The position numbers were made by a program, and so were the translations under genes. The notes under the pieces were generated by a model that was not told the origin of the DNA, ran no database searches, and saw nothing but the letters and a program-made list of their open reading frames with translations. From NCBI GenBank assembly GCA_973895155.1, contig OZ316893.1, forward strand, positions 20,340,857 to 20,404,856: a stretch of 64,000 nucleotides of DNA, written 5' to 3'. Of this stretch, positions 25,606-38,880 are shown piece after piece (the stretch's first letter is position 1; each line of letters opens with the position of its first letter). Source of the DNA: Marsupella aquatica. Lineage: Eukaryota > Plantae > Marchantiophyta.

Positions 25606-26122
25606 TATGTACCATAAGGGACTATAGTTTACAGTGAAGTCTCTCCACCATGACTCTGGGAGCATGTTGGCGCTGGAACTATAAATTATTGAAGAGCGTG
25701 CATTCAGACGAGTACTAATAACGGCAAATTCTGTCCGACGTCGGTCCAATCGAATTTCATTCACCACAGTAGGCTGTGGATTGCTTTAGAATATCCGGAG
25801 CTAGTTAACCACGTCAGACCATACCCAGATCAGCAAAGGAATCTTCAACACACCGCTAGAAGAGAACGTCCTCCGTATGTATGACACTTGACACCCCTCC
25901 GATTGCAGAAAAGACGTCATGATGTCTCTGTGGGGAGCATTTGAGGACCTTCAGAAGCTTACAGCCGATCATCTCTTCTTCAGCACTCTCTGATTAGCAC
26001 CCCACGAACTCACCGTGGTCTTGGGGTTTGCTTCTCAGAGGTCCCCATCTCCGATTGGCTTCAAGGGTGCTCCTCTCGATCACAGGAGGATGAGGAGTTG
26101 AGGATGGCTTTGGTAAGTGATG

Positions 26123-26858
26123 CGAAATTTGAAAAGGTCTGTTGTGATGTTTTTGATTTTGGAGTCATCCATTTTAGCGGTGTGAGGTCTGGTATAATCT
26201 AGCTTCTTGGTTGGCCAAGAAGGGGGTGGAATCAATTGCTCCTCGGACCAGTATCCTGGCCTGTGGATCGGCGACTTCAATTGTCTAGTGTCGACAAGAT
26301 TTGCGTCGAAATTTGGAAAGGTCTGTTGTGATGTTTTTGATCTTGGAGTCATCCATTTTAGCGGTGTGAGGTCTGGTATAATCTAGCTTCTTGGTTGGCC
26401 AAGAAGGGGGTGGAATCAATTGCTCCTCGGACCAGTATCCTGGCCTGTGGATCGGCGACTTCAATTGTCTAGTGTCGAAGAGATTTGCGTCGAAATTTGG
26501 AAAGGTCTGTTGTGATGTTTTTGATCTTGGAGTCATCCATTTTAGCGGTGTGAGGTCTGGTATAATCTAGCTTCTTGGTTGGCCAAGAAGGGGGTGGAAT
26601 CAATTGCTCCTCGGACCAGTATCCTGGCCTGTGGATCGGCGACTTCAATTGTCTAGTGTCGACGAGATTTGCGTCGAAATTTGGAAAGGTCTGTTGTGAT
26701 GTTTTTGATCTTGGAGTCATCCATTTTAGCGGTGTGAGGTCTGGTATAATCTAGCTTCTTGGTTGGCCAAGAAGGGGGTGGAATCAATTGCTCCTCGGAC
26801 CAGTATCCTGGCCTGTGGATCGGCGACTTCAATTGTCTAGTGTCGAAGAGATTTGCGT
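26123..26858. repeat. Near-perfect tandem array, 184 bp x4
   Basis: Units start at 26123, 26307, 26491 and 26675 (cgaaatttgRaaaggtctgttgtgatg...), differing at only a few positions. Confidence 0.97.
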
Positions 26859-28951
26859 CTCTTCGAAATCTCTGACTACAAATTTTGGCCAGAGTGGTCA
26901 CGTCGAGGTGGAAGTTTCATAGAGCCTGTTCTATGTGCATTGCAAGAAGGGACTTATTTTGTGAGATTTGATTGGTTGGCAGTGAAGCGGGTGGAGATTT
27001 GATTTTCTTTGTCAGGGCAAAGTCCTAGCTGACGGTTTCTGTCACGACCTTCAGATTCGCTGGCTAATTATCCCAGGGCATTCTTTTTGCCTGAGTAGTG
27101 CACGTTGAGAAGGAGGAGGGGGTCATTTGAATTCTTGGATAAGGCCGATGTTGGGTGCAATTTGTTGGGTGCGTTTCTGCAAACCCTGAGTCATTTTTGT
27201 CACAGGCTGGATGCAAGAGATGATTTGGAGGCCGGAGTTGCGAAGACTGCACTTTCTCTGCTGAAGAATAGGAAGGGAAGCGGTGCACTTCGGGATGAGT
27301 GTTTCGGACGGGAATTTCAAATATTAGAAGGCAGGCATGCACAAGCTCCGCAGAACATGCAGCTGCCTAAATTGTTGAAAGACCTTTTATCTCTTTCCCG
27401 CGTTTAGCATTTGGCAGAGATCTTGTTGGTATCTTGGTGTGGTGGGTTCTCGAGATGTTCACGTTGCCGTTTGAAGATTAATCCCTTAGGCTGGTTGATG
27501 AGGGGATCTTTGGACGCACACAACGTCTCCTGTTCGAATGGAGAGCTCGGCAGGTAGATCACACTTGCAATTGTACATGTAGAGGATCTTTTTCGAGCAA
27601 AGAAGCCATGCTTGGACACTGGACCACATGGGTAGCGCCCTCGTTTTGAATGGAACACTGCGATGAGAGGAATTCCATTCAAACATGCACTCTGCGTCAC
27701 CCAGTTTTGCTGCATGACGAATGTTTGTGTACACTGTAAGCAACGTAGTATTGATGAGGTCTGGACATTCCAGCCCACAATGCCCGAGTTTGACTAGGAG
27801 CAACTGCAGTGCTTTCGGACGAGCAATCCTCTACAGTAGGCAACACCAAGGGCCAGAATTCGAATGAATACTTGTGGCGAGAGTCAATTCAACTGACTGA
27901 CATCCCGCTGACGAGCTCTTCGCCAGGGTACATGCATGCTTTCACATCTGAGCGGCACTGTAGGGTGCATTGCATGGGTATGGACTATGGACTGTGGAGG
28001 GTCGAGGGCGTAGACAACATTGATTTCAGGAAAAGGATGGCGCTGGCGGTGTTCATGACACAGATCACAGGCTAATTGGTCTCGTGAAAACTTTTGCGCT
28101 TTTGCAGAAAGCTTCGAGCCACGTCTTCCTCCTCCTCTTTGCATTTTCTAGTGGGGTCAGGATCCAACGGTGGTGGGGTGAGTACAAACATTCTGCTTTT
28201 GTCGAAGGTCAGATAAGATACCCTATTGTCAGTCTGGATCGGGCTGCCGCATCAGATATTGTTTGCATGGATTTTGGCCATAAATGACGCAGAGTGCATG
28301 TTTAACACGATCGTCTCCTTGGATGGTTTTATCGATTCTGCCTAGTGTCAACTCGTTTTTAGTTGTGCTATGACTGTCACGTTGCTCTGTGTACCTGCTC
28401 CGCTACCCCTCGTAATTTTCCCTCAATTCTAGCCCATAGCTTCCCACAGTACTGCCAACTCTTCTGATAGTCTCGTCTTCGCCTTTGCCCTGTTTGAAGC
28501 ACCAGCTGTTGGTGTGAGCACTGAGCACTGCCTGCTTTCCTAAACATAGATCATACCTTCCCTTCTCTCTCTCTCCCACATAGACACAATTCAAAACTCA
28601 TCCGCTGTCTACTGACCCAGTAGAGCATCGTTCTTTCTTTCTTGTAGAACATCTCAAACGAATTGTTTAGGAGGCTTCATTTATAATTTTGGACCGGTAC
28701 TCAAAATGATCTTCTCAGAAGTCACTTCCACAATTTTGTCGGCCCACCCAATCTTAGAATTATTAAGAAAATTGTCCATCTTTTCCGACGCCACGCCCGA
28801 TCCTTTGCTGTCTTCGGCGTCATGAATGGCCTGTAAGCATACTGATCACTGTCGACTCTTTCTCTCTCTAAAGTTGCGAACGAGAGAGGATTTGAGGTAG
28901 GGGTTTGATGGTCGACCCTTGGCGAAACAATGTTGCAGGACAGGAGAAAAG

Positions 28952-31013
28952 ATGGGAGGTGGGAGCGGGGTCGGGAACGGCGTCCCAAGGGTGCGTGAGA
29001 GCACACCACTGCTGGGTCTAAAAGAGGGGGATTCTGTGAAGGCGTCTACGTTGAAGACATATGGGAACATCTTCGTATCCATCGTTGGTGCCGGTGTGTT
29101 GGGGCTTCCTTACACGTACAAGACCAGCGGATATGCTGTGGCGGTCATTACAGTTATATGCTCGGCTGTCCTGTCGTGGCACTGCATGATGAAGCTGGTG
29201 AACCCTTTTTCCTGTTTGATCTCGATTTTGTTATAATCTCTTTTCTTCTTCAATGGTGCCTCCAGGAGTGTCTAAAGCATTCGATCATTCAGGACTTGTT
29301 TGTCTTTCTAATGGATACCTGTTCTGCGCATGTGTTCATATTGTACAATATCTCTTGTTTTACTGCCCGTCTAATCTCGCGTCTTAGTCTCTTTAATCCG
29401 GATGCGCTGTATGCTCCGAAGGTACCGCCGAACGCTCCAGAATCAGCAGTATACCTGCAAAATTCAGTCTCTCGTGAGTCTAGCAGTTGTAAGTATAGAT
29501 AGAACGTCTTATAACGGGGTGAAACTTTGATTGCAAGTTTAGTGTTGTAGCTTCTTGTTGACATGTGCTGGCACCTTGTGTGCTTTATAATTCTACTCCA
29601 TTCCCCTTTAGATCCCGTTCGTTCGTTGGTTTATTTGTTCGTTACTATGCTAAAAGATGATGAGAGAATTGACAGTCAACACAATTTCGGGTTTTGAGTC
29701 AAGATGTGCGGATTATCTTCCAGAGTTGGCCGACATTAATTCCTGGTCCAGGGCCTCGTACTCAAGCTGGTGCTGTGCGGGGTGCTGTGCCATGGGAGCA
29801 AATGTCTGGTCCTTGTAGAAGCAAGTTCATCTTGTCTGTAAGTCAGAGACAGTGACGACCCCAGGTTCACTAGCTTGTAGTGTAGTTTTGCGGATAATCG
29901 TCTAATGTTCTGCAGCTGATGTCCTCTTTGACTGCTATGTGGATTCGATCACAGGTGAAATGCAGGAACGAGCTGGAAGCTCGAGGTACTCACATTGTAA
30001 CTTCATATGGGGACTTAGGAGAACTGGCTTTTGGAAACTGGGCACGTCAATTTGTGGATGTCATGATTCTGATCTCCCAAAGCGGCTGTTGTGTGGCCTA
30101 CTTGATCTTTATAGGGCAGAACATTGCTTCGGTGGTCACTGGAGATATCTCACGATACAGCTATTTTATTGCAATTCTATTTCCTCTGCAAGTATTGTTA
30201 GCATGGATACGATCGCTGGCTGGTCTAGCACCATTCAGCTTCTTTGCAGATGCTTGCAATATTCTAGCCATGGCCATGGTAGTCAAGGATGACGTCCATG
30301 ACTTCACGGATTTCAGTAAGATTACAGCTTTTCAAGGCTGGAGTGCAGTGCCCTTTGCGATGGGGGTAGCCATATACTGCTATGAGGGCTTTGGAATGAC
30401 TCTCACTTTACAATCTTCGATGCAAAAGCCCAAGGAATTTGGAAAAGCTCTGGCTGTAGCGTTTCTATTCATTACAACTATGTACGTCGCATTTGGGTTC
30501 ATAGGTTACCTTGCCTATGGCGATGACACAAAGGACATCATCACTCTCAATCTCCCGAACGATTGGACAACAATAGCTGTCAAGGGTGGGTTGAGCATCG
30601 GCTTGTTCTTCACATTTCCAGTCATGCTCTATCCTGTTCACGAGATTTTTGAGAGGAGGATGCTCATGAGTCATTGGTTCCAGGAGTACTGCTCACATCC
30701 AGTATTGGAGGTATCAATGCGTAATGGCCTACGAGGGTTGATCGTGCTGGCCATAGCAGTAGTAGCAGCAACAGTGCCAGGATTTGGACTGTTTATATCT
30801 TTTGTGGGGAGCACAGTATGTGCTATGATTGCTTTTGTTATACCAGCCTTGCTGCACATTCAAATATGTGGGGAAAGTACAAGTTTTGTGTCAAAACTTG
30901 TCGACAGTACCCTAATTATTTGCGGCGTACTGTTTGCCGGCTATGGGACGTATACAACTGGTCTAGACATCTTCAGATCAAACCAAACACCAAGCACTCT
31001 ACCGGGTTCTTAA
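28952..31013 (+). CDS. Amino-acid transporter (Aa_trans/AAAP family), ANT1-like, 434 aa, 2 exons
   Basis: Exons 28952-29197 and 29955-31013 (GT-AG, phase 0). Motifs GNIFVSIVGAGVLGLPY, SYGDLG, APFSFFADACN, YCYEGFGMTLTL, TKDIITLNLP, SFVGST; multiple hydrophobic helices. Confidence 0.93.
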
Positions 31014-32158
31014 TACCGAGGGTACTAGCAGCTACTTCACATTCGGAGTTGGCTTCTGTAACAAGATTGGGTCCATATGAACGAACATATGGGAGCTGGG
31101 AGCTGGCACATTAGTTGGTTTCCTACAGGTGAGATGAGGAAGCTTTTTTGGTTCAGTGCTTATACAATAGAATACATGTGTAATTTGTTTTGGACAATGA
31201 GTATTGTGAGATCATTGATAAATTGCCACTCGGAAACCAAAGCACATTCAGGCAAAGCATTCCCAGGGTTTTGACCTGTGAGAAGATGTGACAAGCAGCA
31301 ACTCTGATTTCCTTGCCAACCATTTGGGTTCTTTCCGTGTAGATGTGTCTGGTGATGATGTAGTTGGAAGAACAGCTCAAATTTAGGTTTCAAGTGTACT
31401 ACTCTTGTGTTATGTTCTGGATGTTACGATAGAGTAGATGGTGTTTCCGTAATTTTCAGGTTGCTGCGGTTCGCCACGGTTTCAGGTACTCAGAATATCT
31501 GCTCTTTGTGAAACAGTACTTGGAAGACAAGTTTAGAAGTTGTACATGAGACTTTCATTCGTGGATTTTCAGTGCCGGACGTTCTTATGATGAGAAAGAG
31601 CTACCCAGTTCGAAGAAAGTTTGTTCAAACATTCAATTTATTTGTGGTTCACGGAAGTTCAGCACAATGACATGGATTAGTGGCACCTTTAGTAAACCTA
31701 AAACACTATGCTCTCTGCAACCTCGGATGAGATGCGAAAACTGCACGGGCCTCGGAAAATCCCAGCCTCCAGCTTTGTCATCTTTAATAAGATTGAACTG
31801 ATTTCAACTTAAGTGACTTCCCACAAAGCCAGCTGCCTACGTCAAACTGCTACTTTGATCTAAAACCCTTTATTTCATTGCCAAAATTCACATAGTACCA
31901 CACTCGGTCCCATCCCGCCAGGTATCTCGAATGCGTACATCATCACTTCAACCACCGAGCAAATTGTTCGAGCAAATCCGAGAAAAGTACTGGCTGAGAT
32001 CATCAGGAAAATAAGTTCTATAAAAGACTACATTTTTAACATTCATGGTTGGATACGACGACCTATTACCCTATAGCAATACCTCTTTGTTCACACCTAT
32101 TTCGAAGACAGCGTGTCTGACATTTATCGTGTGCGCAGTCACAAATCTTTCTGACACA

Positions 32159-35100
32159 TTACTTAAAAAAACGAACCAGCGCTTCGACCACCTTCTCTGG
32201 CCTGCCCAAGATTAAAAATTTCGGACAACATTAGATTCCAAGAAAAAGGTTTGATCACGCGTACCACGTTGCAGTTCAAAGACATGCTAGTGTACTAAGT
32301 CCATGCATTTGACATACAATAGTTCGAGTTCCAGACATTACTCGTGATTACTGCTTAGTCCCGATCACAACATTAAACTTCTCGTTATCCGTGCTTCTAA
32401 ACAGATATTGAAGTTGCCGAACACTAACCATACATCGATCGGCTTTCAATCAAATGTGCAAAGAGAGGGGACCACCCCTTACGGAAAATCTGTTAATACT
32501 CTAAGTAGATATGATCTGGAAACTAAGTTTCGGTAACAGCAAGTAAGATTACTCTTCACATCCAATTTTAAATTCATTCCCTAGCAACTCGTTAAGGAAT
32601 ATGCAGGAGTAGAAGTAGAGACGCACCAATCTTCTTGTGGAAGGTGTCCAGCTCCACCCAGAAAGGACGTCTTGATAACATCTGGATTACTTTTTGAAAA
32701 TTCTTCCGCTTCAGACTTCGGCAAATATTTGTCAGCCTCTCCCCAGGCCACTAGGGTCGGTACCTTCCAGCTGTACGAGGTCCCCCACAAATTGGTTTTC
32801 TTCAAAAGTAAAAATAGTCTTATCCTTGAATTCAATTCATGTTCAGAGTCATAATACTTAATCGCTAAAACAGGAGTCCAGCGCTGTACCTTTGTGATGC
32901 GAAACCTTGGGCAATTCGTGATGTGAGATCTTTAACAGGCGCTTTCCTTGCTGATTCCAACAATGCTAATCAAACAGACAAGACCCTCTGTTAGAACATG
33001 AACATACTTGTGCTTTGAGTGGCCAGACACCACACAGTTGTCTTGGTGATCCAATGAAGAGCGATTTTAAAGTACTCAGTCCACCTGGAATAGCTGTCGT
33101 TTCCATTTGTGACGCCTCACAGTACAAGTACCTCTCCTACCGGCATGCTAAGTGAATCTTGAGAAAGCAGTTTTCACACAGAAGAGCCTTCCAAAGGGGT
33201 TATACTCTCAGCCTGATAAAATTCTAACACTATTTTTGGGAAAAAGAACTGTACAAATTGAGTGAGGACTTACAGAATCCTGCATCACTGCTGTTCAGAT
33301 ACGGTAGTCTGTAAACATCTGCGTCATCAAGTTCCAGCACGTACCTAAGCAGATGCAAAAGATGCCACATAAGGTTAAGCAACCGAGACATGTTGTGAGA
33401 TTGACAGTAACAAGAACTTATGCTCCCATCCTGCCAGGGAAGTCGCAGCAACGTTGTCTTCGGGGGCACTGAAGTAATCCAAATTGCCATATACAGGTGG
33501 AGGCGCCAGGGTTTTAAATTACTCTGAGATACTACGAAACAACCTCCCTACTGATTTTCATTTAGTCAAGTTGACAATGCATGCCTAACCCAATCCAGTC
33601 CATTACAAGTTCTAGTTTAGAGTCGACAGCGAAACTTCAAGTGCAAACGTCAGTGGACCTTGCATGCTACTTTTGGATTAGTGCACAATTTAACACAAGC
33701 GTGGTGGGGTTGAACCGAAGGGTAGGTGAACATACGGGCTCCCTCCTTCAACGAATCGCTCTGGCAGTATTGCATTTTGGCTTGTAAACTCACCGAGGAG
33801 TGGAAACCTGTTGCAATGAAAATAATTGGGTCTTCAAAATAATCGACATAGTGATGCAACAAAAACTGAAACGAAGAAGGGACTGATACAACTCACACCA
33901 TCGCAACGTCCTTCCCCAATCTCACTACTTCGAAGCTTTCACAGCAAGATAACATATACAAGGAAGCCTGAGAAGGACCTGATCGCAAGCAGGTTTTATG
34001 ACGTTATGAACCGTCTGTCTATCTCCAATGTCCGATTGTCCAGAAAGTCAATCAAGCACATTTCTGGAGAATATAAACATTGGTATTCCCCATTCAGCGT
34101 TTGGCTTACCGGAGTTGCTGAAAGAGGCCAGGAAGAGGAGCAGACGCCGTGAGAGGGCCGTTTAAAATGGCCAGTTTGGAGACTTTGTCGGGATTTTTCA
34201 GTGCCCATGTCAAGCCATAGGATCCTACAAGGAACCCCTGGGCAAAACCAGCTGAGACTGTTAGCCTTTGACCAACTTATGAATTACTGCATGGAGATGT
34301 TGAACAGTTTGACACCTGCCAATTTTACATAATTGGTGTCCATTGCCAGGGAATCATGTGACGCAATAGAGTTTGACACAATTCACTTATTTTTAGAACT
34401 TTTTTGTGACTACTGTCAGTTTTTGAGAGTTTTGTATCACCTGAGTAAGCAGAAAGAAAGGGGACTCAATTTTGAGCCGAATCAGCAGCTTATCAAACTC
34501 CTCGTGGTATGCATCCTCTGCAGGAGTTGATCACCAGACCTAGCAGGATCAGATTACGGAATTAGGCGTGTAAGCCTAGAGTCAACGTACAAAGCTTTAA
34601 TCTATTCTACAGCCAGCTAAAATGGCACGCAATGGTAAAAATTAAATGTTTTCAAACTTGTATTGAACGGGGTGAATGGTACTCAACATGAGCTGTTCAA
34701 GCTAAAGATAATAATACTCCCAGTTTAGCGGACTTTCCTTTCGTATTGGAAAACAAATGCACGTATGTTCAAAAGTGTTGGCAAAATAAGTCGAACACAG
34801 AGTCCTTCGATTTGAAATCAAAACATACCTGTGTACGCAAAATCGTAACCAGGCTGAGGCTTCTCACTGAACCCATACCCTATCCAATCTGGAGCATAAC
34901 ACTCGTACCCTGCATCAGCTAGCTGCACAATAAAATCAGGGGGTACATTTTCAAGGGCCTTAAAATGAGCTGCACTGCAAATGGACGATACATTCCCCAG
35001 TGTTCCTGACGTACCTGTTTGGATCTGTGAATTTCACAATCCAGAGAGCCCAATGACAACACGGGCAGAAATGTAACCCCAACTTTGAGACTATATACGT

Positions 35101-36731
35101 GAGGTGAAAATGCATACAGGCAGGCTCAGGTTAAGGGATAGTCATTTTTGCAAGCACAATGTCACTAACTAGACGACAGATTTAAGTCAAACCACGAGAC
35201 CCTATATCACCAAAAAACTTGACCAGAGTTATGATAATCCCACTAGTGATCTCACTCTGCCCTGGATTTTATCAGTAGATGCGACGGAATTTCAACAGCT
35301 GAGTACAAAGCCAAAGTAGCCAGATCTGAGAGAGATGGAAAATGACCTGCTTAAGAACAACACGATAGCTATAGGACTGTGTTGGCGATCCATGTAAAAG
35401 CACCACTGTCCCTTTTCTCGCAGCTGCCCCTGGAGTTTGAAACCATTACCGGGTTAGACGTACTGTCAATTTCAAATTGAATCCTTTCCAAGCGTACCAA
35501 GGACTAACCCTCTAGTTGCTTCCTTTCTTGAGTTTGGGACCCACACCAAACACAGGCCATGAAGTTCGGGACACGTCCTAGCGATGGGCCGAAAATCATG
35601 ACCTTTAGTGAGACTCATAATACTTGAGCAAGCAAGTAAGAACAGAATTACGATTGAAGTCAGGATGTAACCCTCCAATGTCAGAATCGAAAAGCGGCCG
35701 GGCAAGCGATCCGAATTGCAATTATTTTTCGTCTAGAAGGCCTGATTTAGCTGTGAGACTTGGCAATGGCCAAGTGAAAAGTTGTAAGAAGAATTGAGCC
35801 AGAACCTGTTTTACGGACCCACCACGTGAATTTTTCAGCCCGAGCATAGAAGCCATATTCTCTGCCCTTATTCTCTATCTCCTGCACATCATTTTAATGC
35901 CAGCGTCATTTAAAAGCCATGGCGGGATATTGCTTTGATGTACAACGGTGAGCACTGCCACAATGTGGAATAGGTGCGATTCATCTCCGAGAATTAGAAG
36001 ACTTGGGTTCCTTGTGGAAGCCCGCGGAAGACTGACAGAACGAATAAAAGTCAAGTCCAGTAACTGAGCAAGGGAACAACGAGACTTCCCTTTCCCCTTC
36101 AAATTAAGAAGGAAAGGATGAATTGCTTTTCCAGTACACTGGCTGAGCCCATTGACCAATCACGAGAGAAAGAAAGAGAACTCAACTTCGAATTCAAAAT
36201 TGAAGAGAAATGAATTAATTTTGCAGTCACCTGTCAATTTATATTTGCTCAATGTCTGGGAGAACAAATTTAGCGACGTGAGCTAGAAGGCACCAAAAAT
36301 GCAGACAAGCGGTCGGTGAATACAATGCAGCCAAATAAGAGCGGTGTTGGAGAGTTGATGAATGGACAAAAAGATCAGCTTACCGTGATCATCTGGCCCA
36401 GATTTCCATCTTGTGCAGGAGAGTTGGGCAGCTGAATGGCGCCCCTGCTGGACTCATTGTCCGTCACGAACCCAAACAACCCACCAGCTCGTGCTTTCTT
36501 CTCCTCCAAATTCAACTCCTCGCTGCTACTTCCACCATCCTTACTGGCAGCAGCCCCAACCCTCAACTTCCTCTGTTGCTTTCTATGCCCAATTCCACCC
36601 CTGCAATTACTCCCACACAACTTCTGTTGTTCCAGAGCACCTCCTCCCACATGGGACGAAGAATTGCTGCTCCATCTTTGATGAGACGCTGCCCAATTGT
36701 TGAGCCCAATGGCCACCACTTGAGCTGCCAT
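32159..36731 (-). CDS. Alpha/beta-fold hydrolase with plastid-transit-like N-terminus (resembles Arabidopsis At1g52510), 403 aa, 11 exons
   Basis: Exons (minus): 36731-36384, 35881-35806, 35429-35347, 34922-34829, 34517-34441, 34237-34110, 33807-33736, 33344-33274, 32965-32890, 32770-32627, 32201-32159 (1212 nt, all GT-AG). Motifs LLHGSPTQSYSYR, APDWIGYGFSEKPQPG, QGFLVGSYG, ADVYRLPYL, GAGHLPQEDWPEKVV. Confidence 0.92.
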
Positions 36732-38604
36732 CGCTCAGCTGTGAGTCCCTAACCAGATGTAAAACAACCCCACTCTCTGCTGCTCCACTGCTGTGCTATG
36801 GCGGAGCTGTTTCTCCTTCTGCTAATTAACGGAGGCAAACCGCATCTCCTCTCCAGTGGGCAATTCGGATTCTGGAACCTTGTTCTCCACTCCCTGCGAG
36901 CCACGTATTTGTTAGATAGCACATCACTCCTCACAATTTGTTTTCTGCACCTCACATCGCATACCTGAGGGACCCAAATTAATTCAAAGCAGATATTCAC
37001 CTTTTATCCATCATTCATTCTTCTGTTTTGGCCCCACCTTGTGAGTGTTATTTGTATTTTCATTGAAGTTAGTGGCCATAAGCCCCTCTCTCTGGCCTTG
37101 CCAGTGGATTCCCTGATTTAAATTTCTGTGTTAATTGAGGGCCAGAGCTTATACCAAGCCTGGAGGGGATTGATTCCCTGATTTAAATTTCTGTTTTAGT
37201 GCCACACGTCAGGGCTGGAGCTTGTACCAAGCAAGGTTATCCCTATGTCTGCTCTTACACTAATTAACCCATCCCTTCTTAACTTGGGCTCACTGCCCTT
37301 GGGAATTACAGATCAAAACCCCTTGAAAAGATACGTTAACTCTGCATATCTTGCAGGTATGCTGTGAAACTTCTTTCCCTAACAAGGACTACCATCTTCC
37401 CCTAACACTATACCATGGCGTTATATTTGAATAGTGGGCCATGGGGTGCTCAAGCTTTGAGTAGAAGTTTTCATTGGGCATTGAGTTCAATGTTATGTTA
37501 GAATACTGCCCTTTGTTTTTGAGTATTGGCATGATTGACATATGATTCATGAATTTTTTAACCTTTTGTACTCAATGTAGAACTGTTTAGGGTCAAGACT
37601 AAACACAACATCCAACTTGAACACAAAGCCAATATTGGAACACAATGCCTGGGCGTTGTGTTCAAGTTCAAATGTGTTTGTTGGTCATGGGACCCAAAAG
37701 TGATAAAAAGAAGTTGTGTTCTATTATTTAGTTCAAATGTGTTTTCGGGCACGGGACCCAAAAAATTCCATTTTTGAACACAAGGCCCCGGCGCTGTGTT
37801 TGGGGGAATCCTAAGGAACTTGTTGTGCTCTGAGCCTCGATGCTAGCTAGAGTGTCCTTGCAACCTCTCGAGCACCCCCTTCCTAGTTGCCTGTAGGCAC
37901 ACAATTCAAAAAGCACCAAAAAGAACCATTGTTTTCTTAAACAGAGGACTAGCTAGGTTCCATTTGCCACTTGCCACCATGACTGCCCTCTCCCCGCCCC
38001 ACCCCCATTCACAGGCCAGGCCTTCAGAAACTGGGGGGTGGCTATTCTTGAGTGGAATTCTCAGGGCCAGGTTCCTTGCACAAGGGGTACAACACATGGC
38101 CAGACAGGTGGGGCCCAGTGAAACAAAGAAAAGTGTTCAACAAAGCAGGGAGTAGTTGTTCTTCTATTTCAGAGGGTCACTCAATATTTGTTCATATGGA
38201 CCCACACATAGAAGCCGGGAAGAAATGAACTATTGTTCATTTAGAACTTTCACTAGCTACAGGTTTGAGTTTAAAGATCCCATCAAACCTGGGTAAATGT
38301 AGCTGTTAGAGCATCCACGCCCGTGGCCTGGGTCCAAACCGGCGCCTGCAAAATGTCAAAATTGGGGAGTGAAAGGGAATGTTGAGCTTCCACCCTTGCC
38401 TTGGATCCCCAAATGCTTTCCCGGCTCCAGGCAATTCAGCCGCATATTCAGAGGGGCAAAACCTTTTTCCCTAGCCTGCACTGTTTGCTTTGATGCGCAT
38501 TGAGCAATGCAGATTTCACACTGTACAGTGCTCTCACATTCTGCTTGTGGTCCCCTCTGGTCCTTGCATGCAATCCTCACTTCACCGGCAAAGTTAGTCC
38601 CTGC

Positions 38605-38880
38605 GTGGGGGGGGGGGGGGGAGTTCACTATATGGAGGGCCATGCATCAAGTGCAAAGGTTTGGGTCAATTATGACCCCCCTAGTCACTTTATATAAAGT
38701 TGTAAGGCACCAAATGAATCATGTGATGACACTTATGTATTTTGCAATTAAATAACCTTATATTTCCATTGACAATTTAGTAAGTATTCTGTCAAAATTA
38801 TTTAAATGGCCTGTTACTTTGTTGCACGTGATATGCGAACTAGCCAAAACCTGGTTGGTAACATCCATTTGGGGACTCCT
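38605..38880 (+). mobile_element. Dispersed repeat family copy (non-coding, DNA-transposon-like)
   Basis: G-run + ttcactatatggagggccat...ttttgcaattaaataaccttatatttccattga...cacgtgat is homologous to 53555-53880 (+) and to the reverse complement of ~52700-53010. Confidence 0.65.

Noticed and set aside
26080-26901. Four similar 82-90-aa ORFs (MTPRSKTSQQ...)
   Set aside because: By-products of the 184-bp tandem array, with non-ATG starts and no motifs.
31013-32159. Natural antisense overlap between the convergent transporter and hydrolase genes
   Set aside because: Stops are ~1.15 kb apart and UTR ends cannot be determined from sequence.
38222-38260. Helitron 3' end (hairpin aaatgaac-tatt-gttcattt followed by CTAG)
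   Set aside because: The hairpin is AT-rich, CTAG is followed by C rather than T, and no matching 5' TC end was identified.
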